Of a stretch of 64,000 bases of DNA, positions 33,227-46,364 are shown piece after piece; positions within the stretch are counted from its first letter, which is position 1, and every line of letters begins with the position of its first letter. Where the stretch lies: NCBI RefSeq assembly GCF_009914755.1, contig NC_060946.1; one strand, written 5' to 3'. Made by a program: the position numbers and the translations under genes. The notes under the pieces were generated by a model. The model was not told the origin of the DNA. It was given only the letters and a program-made list of their open reading frames with translations, and ran no database searches. The DNA is from the human T2T-CHM13v2.0 reference genome, Homo sapiens.

Positions 33227-35286
33227 TGACAGAAACACAGTACAAGCAGGACCTAGAACCCAAAAGGAAGGCACTGGCTCAAGTAACCGGGGAGAGCAGA
33301 GGATAGGTCAGGGATCTGGGCTCAGCTGGAGGGAGGTCCTCCAAGCATGTGGTCAGGAGCCCGCCTCTCTCCAGCTCTTGCTTCAGCCTTCCTTTGTGTT
33401 GGCAAAATTCTCAGGCCACCACAGAGCCAAGGTGGCCTCCAGGTTTGCAGGCTGCTGCTTAGCCAGGGAGAAGGGCTCTTCCCTGCAGTCCTGGCTTAAG
33501 GGCTGGGCTGCCTTTGTGGCTCACCTGGGATCACGTGCCTATCCTGAACCAACCATGGTGGCCCAGCTGGGGGCATGGGATCCTCTGGTGGACCAGGCCT
33601 GAGTCTCTGGACCTCTGCTAGGAGCCAGGAGCCAGGGAGGGAGGCTCTTCAAGGAATAAGGTCGGAGTAGAGGGTGCTGGGAAGAAATGGTGTCCACCCT
33701 CCCTGCCCTCCTTTGCATGGCCCCTTTACCAGTCTGACCACACGGGAGCCCCTCTCCCCAGAAGACAGCCACCTCCTCCTGGGGCGACTTCAGGATGGAA
33801 GTGCTCTCTTTAAAGCAACATTACTTACCTAATTAAGCGCTTAGGAGCTGGCAGGAGGTAGTGGGGAGGTTTTGTTGATTTCTTTTTTAGACTTTTAGCA
33901 CTGAAGTTGCGTGAGAAAGTAACTGTGTAATTAGGAATTAATTTCTCACTCCTGTAAGCGATGTCTTATTTGGGGCCTGAGGGGAGTCAGCCCACAAGGC
34001 GGCCCTTCCTTACCTTCTCTTTTTGGAATGTGGGCAGGAAGTCCCAGCTGTCTTGGCTGTCACTGGGGTGGAAAGAGGAGAAGGGGAGGGAGATAGCTTC
34101 CTCCATCCCAGGTGGCCCTCAGCAAAAATTGAGACGTGGTGCTTATGCCTGACATGGCACCTAGGGTGAGCAGACACTCGGGGGAGATGGACGGAGGCCA
34201 CATTATGGAGACCCTTGAAGGTCTCTTTGTTCTGAAGGCAATGGGGAGTCACTGAGGGTTTTAAGTGGGAGTGACACAGCTAGGTCTGAGTTTAGGAGAT
34301 TTCTGCTGACTGAGGAAGGGCTGTAGGGGAGGAAGCAAGGGGCAGGAGGGCAATTGGGAGGCTTGTGCCACTGTCGGGACAGAGGGAGGGTGATCCGGGC
34401 TAGGACAGGGAGAGTGGAACTGTCAGCAAGCTATCCCAGGTTGGGCCAATTGGTGCATTGAGTCATTGTCAAGACAGTGAGGTTCCCAGGACACAGACTT
34501 AAACCCACAATTCCTCCCTCCCAACTAAGTGCTCTTCCCTCTTCCCTCCTCTCTCCCCATCCTTGTCCTGTGTCCTCCTTTCTATCCTCTTCTGCTCAGA
34601 GAAGAATGAGAACTACCCGATTCTTCACTGTGCAGCTACTATGTTTCTTCTTCACTGAATGCATTTATATGCTCTTATTCCCCCAGGCAGGAGATGCGGC
34701 CACCGCAGAATACCCGCAAATGGTTCATGAAGTGGAGAAGTGAGAGTTAGGACCCAGGAGAAACATTTAAGCAAATGGATTCCCTGGAAGGATCTACAGT
34801 GTCAAGATCTTTCATGCTGCTAAGAACTCAGTAATATCACATTTCCTTTTTTGACTTGGTTGCCAGGAAGCTCAGAGCTAAGATCTTGACACCAGATTCT
34901 ACAGGAACGTTTTCTTGGGGGAGCTTTTCACCGGGGTCTGAGGGCTGCACCTGGTGGATTCTCAGGGGAATTTGGGGAATGTTTGCCGCAGACATAGACT
35001 GCAGGTGTGTTCCCGTGCTGAAGACCCAGAGGGTCATGTATGGCGTGAAGGAAAGGGGCTGGGCCAATGTGTTGCTCCAGGCCTGCCCTATTTGGACCAG
35101 CTCAGAGTGTTTGGGAGCTTCAAATGCACTGCCAGGCAGCGGCTGTTTCTGTTCCCCTCCAAGATGGGGGCGGATGGCGGGGAGGTTGCCCAAGTCTGTA
35201 GCCAAGCGCACACGTGTCTGATCAGCCTCCTGTGGCAAGGCTGGGGTCTGGGAGGTGTTCAGATCCTAAAGTTACTAACTGGGTCA

Positions 35287-35766
<480 letters not shown>

Positions 35767-36920
35767 CTATCCTGGGGCAGGGGCCATGGTTGGTGTCCTC
35801 ACTTAACTGAGAGCCAATAGTCCTAGACTGGGTGGGGAAGGTGGAGCCTGGTGGCCGTGTAGGGGAGGGGAGTTAGGGACCAGCAGGGGGTTGTCCCAAG
35901 GGCTCCCTCAATGAGCCAGTCATGGATGTGGCTTGCTCTGGTCCGGGGTGGAATGGAGGGAGGCTGTGGCAGGAGAGAATAATGGGCCCGCGCTCAAATG
36001 AGTGGAGATTGAAATGGGTTCCCACAGGTAAAGAGAACAGTGCCCGGCACCCAGTAGGGTCTCAAACAGCCTTGCTTTTCTGTCTACCCATCCATCTTTC
36101 AGGCATCTGTTTATTTTCGTGGCGAGGCTTCATGGGGACGGGAACAAGTCCTTGATGAGCGCCTGCCAGAGCTGGGCAGGTGTGCCCTCTGGGCTCTGGG
36201 AAGGCAGCACGTGGGTGGGTTCAGTCTGGTGTGGGCTGGGAGCCCCCATCTCCAGCTCACCCAGCAAAGCATGAACTGAGCCTGAGGGGGTTCCCAGCTC
36301 TCCCTAGGGACTGACTCCCCCCACCCCGCCCCCCACAGGATCTGGAGAACCAAGGCAGGAGAAAGAGAGGCTGCGTCTGTGGGGGTGGGGCATGGTGGGG
36401 AGGGCTGGCTGGAGCTGGGCCTGGCTGCCTGCGATGGGACTCGGCAGTCCTGGGCCCCGCGGGTGCCAGCGCCTGTTTGTGTGCCTGTGTGTGCCACCCC
36501 CGCAGCCCCTCCATCACACGTGTCTCCCGGCTGCCTGGAGAGCTCTTTCTACAAAATGTGAAAATGACAGTTGGGCTCACCCACGCGCAGAATCCTCATG
36601 CAGTCCCGCTCCCTCGCTGCCCCTTCCAGGTCACCATCGGCCCTCACCCTCTCTGCCTAGCTGCTGCCCCCCGCCCACCGCACCCCTCCTTTCCCGGCCC
36701 CTCCCCCAACCCCCTCTTCCCTCCTCCTGCTCCTTCCCTTGGCCCCCTCCTCCCTCCCTGCTCTCTGCCTGCTCCCCCCTCCCTCTTTCCTCCCTCCCCC
36801 TCAGGTCCCCAAGGTCTCTGTCTCTAGCTCTAGGTCTCTGTCACTTTTTTGGGTCACTCCCCCTCATCTGAATTTATGCTTGAGTAGGAGTGTGCATGTA
36901 TGAGGATGTCCAAGAAGGGA

Positions 36921-37397
36921 GTGAGTGTGTGTGTGCAGGTGTGCAGTTGTGTGTGTATTTGTGCTTGTATATGCGGGTGTGTGGTTGTTTGCATGTGTGT
37001 GACTCTGTGTGCAGGTGTGTGACTGGGTGTGTGGGTATGTGGTTGTGTGTATGTGTGACTTTTTTTGGAGGTGTGTGACTGTGTGTGTGGGTATGTGGTT
37101 GTGTACGTGTGTGTGACTGTGATGGTGTGTGACTGTGTGCAGGTGTGTGGTTGTGTGCCTGTGTGTGTGTGCAAGTGTGTGACTGTGTGTGTGTGACTGT
37201 GTGTGTGCAGGTGTGTGATTATGTGCGTGTGTGTGATTGTGCAGGTGTGTGTTTGTGGGTGTGTGGTTGTGTGCGTGTGTGACTGTGTGCATGGGTGTGA
37301 CTGTGGGTGTGTGGTTGTGTGCATGTATGTGACTCTGTGTATGCAGGTGTGTGACTGTGCGTGTGTGCACACAGGTATGGAAGTGTGTGTGCATGCG
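36921..37397. repeat. TG-rich degenerate tandem array (GTGTGACT / GCAGGTGTGT units)
   Basis: Directly visible. Confidence 0.93.
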
Positions 37398-38219
37398 CTC
37401 CAGCGGGTGGGGGATGGATGGTGGTGGCATTTCAGGGAACGAATGGAGCTTTCACTCAATGACTCTTCAAGCAGCGGGAGGGGGTGGCGGCTTCACAACA
37501 GTCGGACAGGTTTGTGCAGCATGTAGGAAAAGCCTTCATTTCCTACTGACAGTGGTGACATGGGTGGTGACAGGTGGAGCTGGCAGCAGTGCTGAAGTCC
37601 TGGGGTGGGAGGTGCCAGGGGAAGGGTCTGGTGATGGGGGGCAGGGGGGGTCATCCTGGAAATGCAGGCCGGGCCCATCTCCCAGTCCCCCTCAAATGAG
37701 GTTTGCTGTGCTTCCACCGTGAAGGGACCTCAGAGGTCTGCCTCTTGAGGGAGATCTGGGAAGACTTCCTGAAGGAGGCAAACTGCCTCCAAAGAGCTGC
37801 AGGGCTAGTTGAGCATGGAAGGGATGTGGGGTGTGGAGCCGTTTGGTGCAGGAGATGTTCCTCCCACTTTCAGAGGCTGCTGTGGAAGCTGGGGCTGACA
37901 TGGGCCACGGGCCAGGAGGATGCGCTGGGGCAGGAGCCACCTGGCACAGCGCTGGGCACACAGCGGGAGCCCAACATCTGTGCTCCCTTCATGCTCTAAG
38001 CCCTTGCCCACATCTGTCACCGGCGCCATTTACAGAGGAGGAGACAAGGGCCACCAACCCCAGGCCACATGTTGGCCAGGTGTAGCTGGAGATCCGACTG
38101 CTGTCTTTACTTGCCCTGTCCAGGCAGTAGTGCGCAGGTGGCTGGAGAATGCTGTGGCCCGGGCCCTGGCCCCAGCTGGCCTCCAGCACCATCCCTCACT
38201 CTCTCTCCTTTCTCTGCAG

Positions 38220-38317
38220 GATGGTCGAGTACTCCCTGGACCTTCAGAACATCAACCTGTCAGCCATCCGCACCGTGCGCGTCCTGAGGCCCCTCAAAGC
38301 CATCAACCGCGTGCCCA
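38220..38317 (+). CDS. CACNA1I: CACNA1I coding exon 4 (end of S3 and S4 voltage sensor)
   Basis: G+[32 protein letters not shown]+A, with an R/K-x-x S4 pattern. Acceptor TCTCTGCAG|, donor CCA|GTGAGT. 98 nt. Confidence 0.97.
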
Positions 38318-38811
38318 GTGAGTCAGCCCCGCCCTGTCCACACATTCCTGGCTGATCCATCCCTGGCCAACCCATCCCTGGCCTACCTAGCCAATGCCCA
38401 CCCCCCCACCCTGCTTCGTTCACTTGGAGAAGACTGATTAGGGCCCGGGTGTGCTCAGGGATCCTGCGGTGTCTATCTAGACAGATGTGCCCTGCTCCCA
38501 TAGAGCTCATGGGCCTGAAGACACTGGCAGGTGGTCCCAATGCTTCTGAGTCCCAGGAGAGTCTGGAGAGCATGCTGGGGAGTCTGGCTTTTCAGGGACG
38601 AAGAGTTTATGGGAGAGTGGTCTTCATAGGATGTCAAGGCAAGCACCCATAGGAAAAGAAGTTGCTTAGTTTGAAGGAGGACGTCGTAGAGCATTTCACT
38701 GGGGCAATGAAACCTGACTCCCTCACTTGTGCTGACTGACTTAGAAGTCGAGCTCTGTCATTCACCCACCACAGATCGATGTACCTACTCACCCATATGC
38801 CTAGCCACCGG

Positions 38812-39352
38812 TTCATCCATCCACCCGTCCACCTATCCACCTGTCCATCCATCCATCCATCCGTCCGTCCGTCCATCCATCCATCCATCCATCCATCTAC
38901 CTGTCCACCCATCCACCTGTCTATCCATCCATCCATCCATCCATCCATCCATCCATCCATCCACCCACCCACCCATCCACCCACCCACCTGTCCACCCAC
39001 CCACCTGTCCATCCATCTACCTGTCCACCCATCCACCTGTCCATCCATCCACCCACCCATCCATCCACCCACCCATCCATCCATCCATCCACTCATCCAT
39101 CCATTCACCCACCCGTCCATCCATCTACCTGTCCACCCATCCACCTGTCCATCCATCCATCCATCCATCCATCCATCCATCCATCCATACGTACATACAT
39201 ACATCTGCTCATCTTTCTAGCCATCTTTCCATTTGTCCATTCATTCATCTGTATAGTCAGCCAGACATCCACCTGTCCATCCACTCATCCACCCATCCAC
39301 CTGTCCATCCATCCATCTGTCCACCCACACATCCATCCACCTGCCCACCCAC
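38812..39352. repeat. Degenerate (CCAT/CCAC)n array with repeated CCATCTACCTGTCCACCCATCCACCTGT units
   Basis: Directly visible. Confidence 0.93.
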
Positions 39353-39632
39353 CTAGTATTAAGAGAGGTTATCTTGCAACCATAAGCCCTGTAGAGTTTT
39401 CATGTCCATGACCTGTTTTGAGCCTTACAGTCATTCTGAGGGAGGTGAGCTGTTGCCATTTTACAGATGAAAAAACTAAGACTTGGAGACACGAGGTTAC
39501 CTGCCCAGGGACGCACTGCCAGTGAGTAGCAAAGGCTGGAGTCAGTTAGGTCTTCTGACTCCTCACTGCTCTCTTCTAGGAATGGGGTGAAGACTGGGGA
39601 AAGAGAGGATGAGGGCCCTGCCTGCCTTCCTG

Positions 39633-40022
<390 letters not shown>

Positions 40023-41955
40023 TGATGGCTCAACAACCTGTGGGAGGCTCAGAGAAGTTAAGTGACTCACACAAAGTCACACAGCAATTCAGCGGCAGAG
40101 CTGGAATCTGAACAGAGTTCTGTCTGTCCTCAGCCCAGTTTATTTCCTGGCTGTGTCTGACCCCTTGCTTCTCTTCCCTGCCTGAGCTTCTGTTTCCCCA
40201 TCTGCCAAAGAGTACAGGTCTCCTGGCACCTGCTCCCCCTCCACAGGTAGTGCTGTCCCCATTCCTTTATTCCTAGCCCTGGGGCCTTGGGGCTCTGTCA
40301 CCCACCCCACCCAGCCAACCTCTGTGGTCCATCCATCCTGAGCGCCCTGTGGGGCTGGCCTGACCCCGGGCTTGCAGAATGCATCAGTCAGTCTGGGCAG
40401 GCCTGGCGGGGCAGGAGAGGCCATGCTTCAGAATATCTGTGGAGCAAGGTGACCAGGAGGGTGGCAGAGCTTTCTGAGCCTGGAGGGTGGCCCAATCCTG
40501 CTTTGTTCTGAGAGGGACTGGCTTGGCTTGGGTAGGGCACAGAGGGGGCCTGGGGGCTGGGGTCTCAAGGTCACAATACGATAGAAAACGCTGGGGGTCC
40601 TCAGTGCTACTGTGAGGGTCTTGGGGAAGGGTTTGGGAGGCGAGGTAGGGCAAGTGAGTAGTGGGAACCAAAGCTGTGCGGGAGGGGGAGGGGGAGTTCA
40701 GCTCTACCAGCCTGGCCCCTTCCCACTGCCCTAGGGAGACCCCCTTGGGCACAGGGAGGGGACATGCGGAGAGGCCATTTTAGGGCCAGCTTCTCTCTGT
40801 CCTCATCCCCTCCAATCCCAGAGGGCTCCTTGAAGATCACCTAGTTCAAAACCATCTTTCCCACATTTAACAAATGAGGAAACTAAGGTCCAGAGAGGGT
40901 CGTGGCTAGTCCAGGGTCACACAGCAATTCAGTGTGACCAAACAGCAGTTCAGGAAGGACCAAGCCAAACCAGCACACCTTCCCCAACAGTGTGTGATTT
41001 TCTCCCATGTGCCCCACCTGACTTTACTGGGAAATGAGCCAAAAGGTGGCCTCCGTACACTCAGCACCCAGAACTCTGCCTGGCGGACAGAAGGCGCGCC
41101 AAAGACACGTGTGAAATGGACACAGCAGGTGTACTGAGCTGTGTACTGTGCCAGGACCACAGAGCTATACATGCTCCTGTGCCGGGCATGAGGAGGCAGG
41201 GAGAATGGGGCTGGGGGTCGGGAGGCCTCCGGGAGAAGGGGATGTCTGAGTTGAGACCCAGGGGAGGATGGGGATTGAGTAGGTGGAGGGGGAGGGCTGG
41301 GCGGCAGTAGCGGGGGTTCAGGGAGTGTAAAGGGCTTGGGGAGGGAGCTGCAGGAGCTGGGGGTTACAGGCTGGGTGGACCAAGGGGTGGGGCATGAGGC
41401 TGGAGAGGACAGGGCCTGGGCATGGACCATGTGCCTGAGGGCAGTGGGAGCATAGGAAGAGGTTAGCAAGTGGTTGCTTTAGAAACACCCCTGGCCAGAG
41501 TGCGGTGTGGGGGGGGCGGTGGGGGGGGCAGTGGGGGTGAGCTGGACATGGGACTGCTCCTGGAACAGGTGTGAGCGAATGGCCGGTACTGGGCAGGGGT
41601 GGGGGTGGGATGCAGAGCAGCAAGTGGGTGGGAGAGGGACTGCTGGGCCCAGTCCAGGTCCTCCTTGAGTGTCTGGTGTGGGCACCTGGGTGGGCGGGAG
41701 GGACCTCAGCTCTCAGGGGCCAGCACAGAGGGCCACGTCGCTCCTGGCTCCCACCCACAGTGCTGCTTGTTTCTGTCCTGGGGGACGGCGGGGGCTGCCC
41801 TCAGCAGGCAGCTGCCATGGGACCATGGTCACACTCCAGGCCACGGAGCCCACAGGCACCGCCACCTTCCAGAGGTGTGTGCACGTTGCAGAGGGTCGCA
41901 CACAAGGGATGTTTGTACGTGATCTTGATCTGAACCTCTTGTCCGGTCTAGGGTC

Positions 41956-41974
41956 TGCCCAGCAGGGGGCAGCA
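41956..41974 (+). promoter_or_regulatory. Candidate CTCF site
   Basis: TGCCCAGCAGGGGGCAGCA matches the CTCF core; motif match only. Confidence 0.45.
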
Positions 41975-42069
41975 CTGTGATGGGACCGCTGAGGCTGCAG
42001 GCGGGCTTAGGGGCATGGGACGGGACACGGGCGGAGGCCTCGCTCTTGCCAGGCGGGCTTCTCTACATC

Positions 42070-43122
42070 TGTGTGAGGGTGTGTGTGGGTGTGAGGGTGT
42101 GTGTGGGTGTGAGGGTGTGTGTCCACCAGAGAACACGTGTGAGGACGTGTGTGCACGAGTGTGTGTGCAATGAAGGGTGTGCACAGGTGAGTATGTGCCT
42201 GTGAGGTGCGTGTGCACATGTAAGTACATGGGAGAGTGTGTGTGCATGTGACAATGTGTGCATCTGAGGATGTGTGTGCACAAGTGAGCAAATGTGAAAG
42301 CCTGCACACGTGAATGGGCACATGTAAGGGTGTGTACATGTGAGAGTGCGTGCCTATGAAAGTGTGTGTGTTGTGAGGGTGTGTGCTGTGTCTGCCTGGG
42401 AGGGTGTCTGTGTATGCCTATGAATATGTTCATGCCTGAGCATATGTGTGCTTGTGTGTGTGTGCCTGTGAGGGTGTGTGTGCCTGTGAGAGTGTTTGCT
42501 GTGATGTGTGTGTGCCTGTGAGGGTGTGTGTGCCTGTGTGTGTGTGTGCCTGTGTGTGTATGTGTGCTGCGAGGGGGTATGCCTGTGAGGGGTGTGTGGC
42601 TGTGAGGGTGTGTGTGCTGTGAGGAGGTGTGTTATGAAAGTATGCGTGCCTGTGAACATGCGTGTGTCTATGAGCCTATGTGTGCCTGTGGGGGTGTGTA
42701 TGTCTGTGAAAGGGTGTGTACGTGTCAAGAGTGTGTGTGTGCCTCTGAGCGTGTGTGCGTCCATAAAGGGGTGTGCCTGTGAGGGTGTGTGTGTGTGAAG
42801 TGTGTGTGTGCGCCTGTGAGGGTGTATGTGTGACGTGTTTGTGTGTGTGCCTGTGAGGGTGTGTGTGAAAGGGTGTGTATGTGTCAAGGGTGTGTGTGCG
42901 CCTCTGAACGTGCGTGTGTCCATGAAGGGGTGTGCCTGTGAGGGTATGTGTGTGAAGTGCATGTGTGTGCCTGTGAGGGTGTGTTTGTGAGAGCGCGTGT
43001 GTGAAGAGTGTGTATGTCTCTGTGAGGGTGTGTGTATGAAGAGTGTGTGTGTAGCGAGCATGTGTGTGCCTGTGAGGGTGTGTGTGTGTGAAGAGCGTGC
43101 GTGCGCCTTGCACGTGTGTGTG
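42070..43122. repeat. TG-rich VNTR-like array, about 1.05 kb, recurring unit GTGCCTGTGAGGGTGTGT
   Basis: Directly visible. Confidence 0.93.
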
Positions 43123-43817
43123 GGCGCCTGTGCCTCTCCCTCCAGGTCCTCTTTGCTCCTCCTGGTTCCTCTCCTGCTGTGTGGGGAGTTCATTAAGCTG
43201 CTCCCCGGAGGTGGAGGACACTCCCGGTCCCCAGCACCAGCCTGCCCTGGCCTCTGGGAAGGCAGGGATTGACCCTGTGCCCAACATCCCCCTGCGCTCC
43301 AATTACAGAGGAGCTCCGAGCGGGCTCCGAGCCTTTCCTCAGGGTCTCCTCCTGCTAGTGGCCACCGCTGGGCAGTTGGGGGAGTGTCGGCTTCCCGCCC
43401 CTGAGCCTGATTCCGCTTCTCAGAGGACAGCCTGGTTCTCTCAGAACCAGCACTGGGGAGTTACTGGGAGCACTGGCCCTCCAGCAGCTGGTGTTCCCCT
43501 GGAAGGGCCCTGCAGATACTCACAGGCGATTCTGCGGGAGCCGCAGGCTGTTGGAGCACGTGGGGCTTAAAGTCCATTGGTCTAACCCTCATTTCGCGGG
43601 ACAGACAGTTTTGTCCTCAGGTGCCAGGTCCCCTGCCCAGAGCCACCAGGGGATTAGTGACTTGAGGTGGGGAAGGGGTGGCTCAGGCTCTCAGAAGTGC
43701 TTCCTAGAGAGATTTCATAGTTGCCTGGTTTTTTTATTTTCTTTTTTTTAAAATATGATTTTCCTGCAGACATTTCTCCTACTTATGGTTTGAGCTGCTT
43801 CTGCCCTGGGACACAGT

Positions 43818-44115
43818 CTTTTTTTTTTTTTTTTTTGAGACAGCATCTAGCCCTGTCACCCAGGCTGGAGTGCAGTGGCATGATCTTGGCTCACTGCAAC
43901 CTCCACCTCCCGGTTCAAGAGATTCTCCTGCCTCAGTCTCCCGAGTAGCTGGGATTACAGGTGCCCACCACCACGTCCAGCTAATTTTTGTATTTTTAGT
44001 AGAGACGGGGTTTCACTGTGTTGGCCAGGCTGGTCTCCAACTCCTGACCTTGTGATCCACCCGTCTCGGTCTCCCAAAGTGCTGGGATTACAAGCGTGAG
44101 CCACCGTGCCCAGCC
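43818..44115 (-). mobile_element. AluS
   Basis: TSD GGGACACAGTCTTTT. Confidence 0.93.
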
Positions 44116-45480
44116 GGGACACAGTCTTTTCAACAGTAGCCCGTAGCTTTTAGTCTCATTTCTAGAGGGCAAGCTAGAGAGCTGGTGATGGGCGCAGTCA
44201 AATGACGGGTTATTAATTGCAAAGCCATGAGGAGTGGGCTGGTTGCCTGCGGTTTAAAAATACAGCAAAGGCTGCAAAGCTCCAGCATGAACAACCAGGA
44301 AGATGCAAGTGTGGGTCAGAGAATAAAAGTTCTGGTCTTAGCTCTGCCATATGCCTGCTGTGTGACCTGAGAAGTCCCTTGGCATCTCTGGGCCTCGGTT
44401 TCCCTACTCGTACAAACAAAGCAGGAGGATAAACTGGATTAAATACGTGGCTCTCAACTTTGTCCAGGATGAGCGGGGGACATGGACATCATGGTGCTGC
44501 TTACAGAATCGTATAAAATACATGTCTCTCCACCCCACCCCTGCAGGTCCTTGTTCAGGCCACTCAGCCTCTGATGGATAAAGAGAGGAAGACAGCAGAG
44601 AGGTGGTTGGGGAGGGAGGAAGGAAGCGCCAAATTAGGAGTTGGGAGTCTGGGTTCTGGTTCCTCTCTGTGTGACCTTTCCTAAGTCACCGCCTCTCTCT
44701 GGGCCTTGGCAAGATGGGGCTGAATTATCTCTAAATGTGCCCCCGCCCCACCCCACCCCCAGCCTGTACATCTCTCAAGGCACTGCCTTGCTTCCTTAAG
44801 CATACTGCCTGAGTCATTTACATATGAAAAGTGCTGTTTTCTCCAGTAAGAAACGAGGGCAGTCACTGCCAAGGCCTGGCCAGAGAGGTGATAGTTCCCC
44901 CGACCCAGGCTGTGGCGCAGGGGCGAGGCAGACCCTGGGGAGCTCAGGGGCAGCCCTGAGCCCGAGCTCACAGTCCCTGACAATGCTGTGGGGAAGGCTG
45001 CCATCCCCTCGGCTGCACAACCAGCTGGAGGTTTGCTCTGTGCTGTCAGGCCAGGTTCTGGTCCCAGGGCCTCCACCCACTGGCTGTGGGACCCTGAGTA
45101 AGCCACGTGCCTCTCCGTGCCTCTATTTCCCCAGCTCTCAAGAGAAGTTAATAATACCCATGTCCATCTGGTTAGGAAGGCTGAAATGCCACCGTGGGTG
45201 TAGAGAGCTGCGTGCACAGCCTCGTGTGCCTACGCGATCCGCAGGTGCTGCTGCTAGATAAGGTGCTGGGAGTAGTGAGGGTGGACGTAGAGTGTCAGGG
45301 ACGTCTTCTCAGGGGCTGGTTTTGGAAGACACTCATCAGCTGAGGGTTGGAGAGGGTGTGCCTGGCAGATAGATTGGCATGTGCAAAGGTGGAGTGGAGG
45401 TGTCATCCTGGGCTGGGCATCGTGTGGGTGGGCAGGGGACTGCGTGGCGGGAAAAGGAGAGGGTTGTTCACATCTTCTAG

Positions 45481-45752
<272 letters not shown>

Positions 45753-46253
45753 ATAAGTGGCTAAAGTTTATCAAGTGCTTGTGACAAGCTCATCACAGTG
45801 CTTTACATGGGCAGTGTCATTTCATCTTCACTACAGCTTTAGGAAGTTAGTGGCATTGTGACACCTACTTTCTAGATGGGGAAGCAGGCAGAGGGGTTGA
45901 CTAGTCTGCCCAAGACCACACAGCTGGCTGGGGACAGAGCTAGGGTTTGAACCCGTGTTCACCTGACCCTACAGCTTTTCACTCTGTGTCAGTATCTCCT
46001 TTCCGTTCTTTTAGCGTGTAGGCGCCAGACACCCACTCCCGTCCCCAGTGTCTGCAGGACATCAGGAAACACCCCTGCCCACTTCCAGGGTCAAAGGAGA
46101 GAGGTCCCGTGGGCTGCAGTGACACCTCGAGGCCCTCTCTCCTTCCATCTCCCCCCTCAGCCTGGTCTGCTCCAGACCTCTGAGTGCCTTTCACTGTTGG
46201 GGTGCACAGGTCTCGTGGTGCTGATCCCCTTTCGGGCTGAAGCCACGAGGCAG

Positions 46254-46364
46254 GCGGGGGGCCAGGGCAGAGGAGGGAGAGCATCAGCCGCACAGTCTGC
46301 AGGATCCTGTGCAGACGCCCCTGTGGACAGCGCCCCGAACGGCACACACATCTCTGAAAGGGGG
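46254..46364 (+). repeat. Left arm of 111-bp inverted repeat
   Basis: Reverse complement of 48674-48784 at 109/111 positions. Confidence 0.97.

Noticed and set aside
42354-43302. His/Thr-rich long antisense ORFs (also 36854-37459)
   Set aside because: Translations of the CA/TG arrays.
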